From contig CM082595.2 of the NCBI GenBank assembly GCA_040954595.2, positions 10,095,918-10,159,917 of the forward strand: a DNA stretch of 64,000 nucleotides, in the 5' to 3' direction. Under the pieces are notes generated by a model. The model was given only the letters and a program-made list of their open reading frames with translations. It was not told the origin of the DNA and did no database searches. The stretch comes from Balanoglossus misakiensis. Its lineage: Eukaryota; Animalia; Hemichordata. Shown piece by piece: positions 61,101 to 64,000 of the stretch. Numbering within the stretch: the stretch's first letter is position 1; the number at the start of each line of letters is the position of its first letter. The position numbers and the translations under genes are program-made.

Positions 61101-62419
61101 AAATCCGACTTGATCACCGTTGCTAACGAACGCTAGTGTCTGTCATGGTGTGCCGGGGTTTTAGTCGAGCCAGGCCGTAGGAAATCTGACTTGATCAACG
61201 TGGTCAATGTACACCTGTTTCTGCTCTAGAGTGCCGGGGCTTCAGCTGAGCCAGGCCGTAGGAAACCCGACGTGATTACCGTTGTTAACTTACGCCAGTC
61301 TGTGTCCTATATATAGTGCCGGGGCATCAGCCGTGCCAGGCCGAAGGAAATGTGAGTAGATTAACGTGGTCTCTGTACGCGTGTTTCTGCTCTAGAGTGC
61401 CAGGGTTTTAGCCAAGCCAAGCCGTAGGAAATCTGACTTGATCAACGTTGCTAACGAACGCTAGTGTCTGTCATAGTGTGCCGGGGTTTTAGTCGAGCCA
61501 AGCCGTAGGAGATCAGACTTGATCAACGTGGTCTCTGTACGCGTGTTTCTGCTCTAGAGTGCCGGGGCTTCAGCTGAGCCAGGCCGTAGGAAACCCGACG
61601 TGATTACCGTTGTTAACTTACGCCAGTCTCTGTCCTATATATAGTGCCGGGGCATCAGCCGGCCAGGCCGAAGGAAATGTGAGTAGATCAACGTGGTCTC
61701 TGTAGGCGTGTTTCTGCTCTAGAGTGCCAGGGCTTTAGCCAAGCCATGCCGTAGGAAATCTGACTTGATCAACGTTGCTAACGAACGCTAGTGTCTGTCA
61801 TAGTGTGCCGGGGTTTTAGTCGAGCCAAGCCGTAGGAGATCAGACTTGATCAACGTGGTCTCTGTACGCGTGTTTCTGCTCTAGAGTGCCGGTGCTTTAT
61901 CCAAGCCATGCCGTAGAAAATCTGACTTGATCACCGTTGCTAACGTACGCTAGTGTCTGTCATATTGTGACGGAGATTTAGCCGAGCCAGGCCGTAGAAA
62001 AATCGACTTGTTCAACGTTACCAGTGTGCAACTGTTTCTGCTCTAGAGTGTCAGGGTTTTAGCCGACTTATGCTGTAGGAAATCTGAGTTGATGAACGGG
62101 AATTCAATGTTAGAAAACCCGTGTGGAAAGTATCTCCACCCGTTTGAAACTAAGAAAAGAATTTATTCTTATTTATTTTGTAAAAAAGACAATTTTTCGA
62201 AAAAAAGTCGAAAATGGTAATTTTGTCTTGGGTGATTCAAATTATACCGCCTTTTCTGGAATTTGCAGCACTTTTTTCAAGAGAACGACACTTCATGCTC
62301 CATAATATTTCCGAAAATGAAGAAAAGAGTTAATTTTTTATGATTTTTTTAAAAATTTACCATTTTTGTCAAAATATGGCCAAAATGGTTATTTTTTCTT
62401 GAATTCCGTCAATATCTCT
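58127..62419. repeat. Composite macrosatellite, orientation B (~2 units)
   Basis: Poly-C at ~58777 and 60839. Confidence 0.96.
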
Positions 62420-63759
62420 TAGTCCGTGGGCTCGACGGGTCCACCGTGCACCCCCCCCCCCCCCCATAAACCTACCACTTGGGTATTTTTTTGTTCTTTA
62501 GATCGTGCTGAACAAGAAAAAAGATGTTAACATTGAATATTTGGGTTGCACTACCCCTCCGGGGTGGTTTTTGAATGGTATGTGCCGCTCAAAATGGCGA
62601 AAAATGGGTTGGGGTAGGGGGTACTATATTCTCTCCTAAAAAAATAAAACTACCATGAAATTACATAAACCTCATATTTTTAGAAAGCTTAGATACTGCT
62701 CTTTACGGGAAGCACAAACTTTATTAAACAATATTTATGAATATTTAATTAGATGATTTTTAAATTAATTTTTTCGGCAATTTTGAAAGTTTTCACTCAA
62801 AAGACAATGTTACAATTGTGATTTTCTTTTTGTGAAGCAAATTTTTGACAACGTTTTAGGTTTGGATTATTTAATTCTATATATTAAACAAGAAAACAAA
62901 TGTTAACATTAGTTATTTAACAATACAATACTTCTTTAGAGACAACTTTGAAATGCATGTATCCTATGGGATTACGCATGGTCTTGGGGTAGGGGGGTAC
63001 TATATCCTCTCCTAAAAAAAATAAAACTAGCAAACAATTACATAAACCTTATATTTTTAGAAAGCTTAGACACTGCTCTTTACGGGAAGCACAAACTTAA
63101 TTATAAAAAAAATTATGAATATTTAATTATAAGATTTTTAAATTAATTTTTTCGGCAATTTTGAAAATATTCACCCCAAAGACAACGCAACAATTGTGAT
63201 TTTTTTTTTTGTGAAGCAAATTATTGACATCTTTGGGGGTTTGGATTATTGACTTCTATTTATTAAACAAGAAAACAAATGTTAACATTAGTTATATAAC
63301 AATACAATACTTCTTTAGAGACAACTTTGAAATGCATGTATCCTATGGGATTACGCATGGTCTTCGGGTAGGGGGTACTATATCCTCTCCTACAACAATA
63401 AAGCTAGCTTCAATATACATAAACCTTATATTTTTAGAAAGCTTAGACACTGCTCTTTACGGGAAGTGCAAATAGGAGTAAAATTAATTTTTGATTATTT
63501 AATTATATGATTTTTAAATTATTTTCTTCGGCAATTTTGAAAATATTCATCCCCAAAGACAACGCAATGATTGTGATTTTGTTTTTGTGAAGCAAATTTT
63601 TGACAGCTTTTTGGGGTTTGGATTATTGACTTCTATATATACTAAACAAGAAAGGAAATGTTAACATTAGTTATTTAACAATAAAACACTTCTTTAGAGA
63701 CAACTTTGAAATGTGTGTATCCTATGGGATTACGCATGGTCTTGGGGTAGGTGGTACTA
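62420..63759. mobile_element. Unclassified ~378-bp-unit element (copy 2, one extra unit)
   Basis: Same junction (aatatctct|tagtccgtggg) as 53915. The unit marker recurs at ~62611, 62987, 63367 and 63745. Confidence 0.5.
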
Positions 63760-64000
63760 GATTCTATATTGATTTGAAATGGCAGATCAATATGTTTGGT
63801 AATAATTCAGTTATTGCAGTTGGGGACTGGAATGTAGTGAGGGTTTTGATGCTGACACAGCTGGCCGCACTACAGACTCTCACTCGGATGCAAGGCAACA
63901 AATTGATCTTCTCTGTGATGAGTATAATTTGATAGATATTTGGCGGATGATAAACGAGTCCTCGCGTACATTTACGTAGTTTAGGCGCAAAAGACTGGAT
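63760..64000 (+). pseudogene. Start of the second copy of the degenerate Tx1/L1 ORF2 (runs off the window)
   Basis: Near-identical to 54874-55114. Confidence 0.85.

Overview
Eukaryotic, gene-free repetitive DNA, probably from a marine invertebrate (inferred from the transposon families; no taxonomic marker is present). The backbone is a composite macrosatellite with a ~2.05-2.25 kb typical unit: a GC-rich array of 81-bp monomers, a ~250-bp unique segment with a poly-G/C tract, and ~950 bp of AT-rich ~330-bp subrepeats. About 14 copies are present, with an orientation switch at ~11,650. The array is interrupted by many transposons: two copies of a 5'-truncated L2/CR1 3' end; a BEL/Pao LTR retrotransposon (2063-aa Gag-Pol, no 3' LTR); a Helentron-type non-autonomous element (HINE) holding an Academ-like MITE; a CACTG/EnSpm element; and a Crack/L2-type LINE that holds an ISL2EU-like THAP element and a stack of HINEs. 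A duplicated repeat-element plus Tx1/L1 relic block ends the window. The most striking structure is at 43.5-51.6 kb, where five HINE 5' hairpin 'heads' are stacked together and five bodies with 3' ends follow them. This is the arrangement expected if five elements inserted successively into the same internal site of their predecessor. No host genes, RNA genes or CRISPR arrays were identified. Family assignments come from motifs and terminal structure, not database searches.
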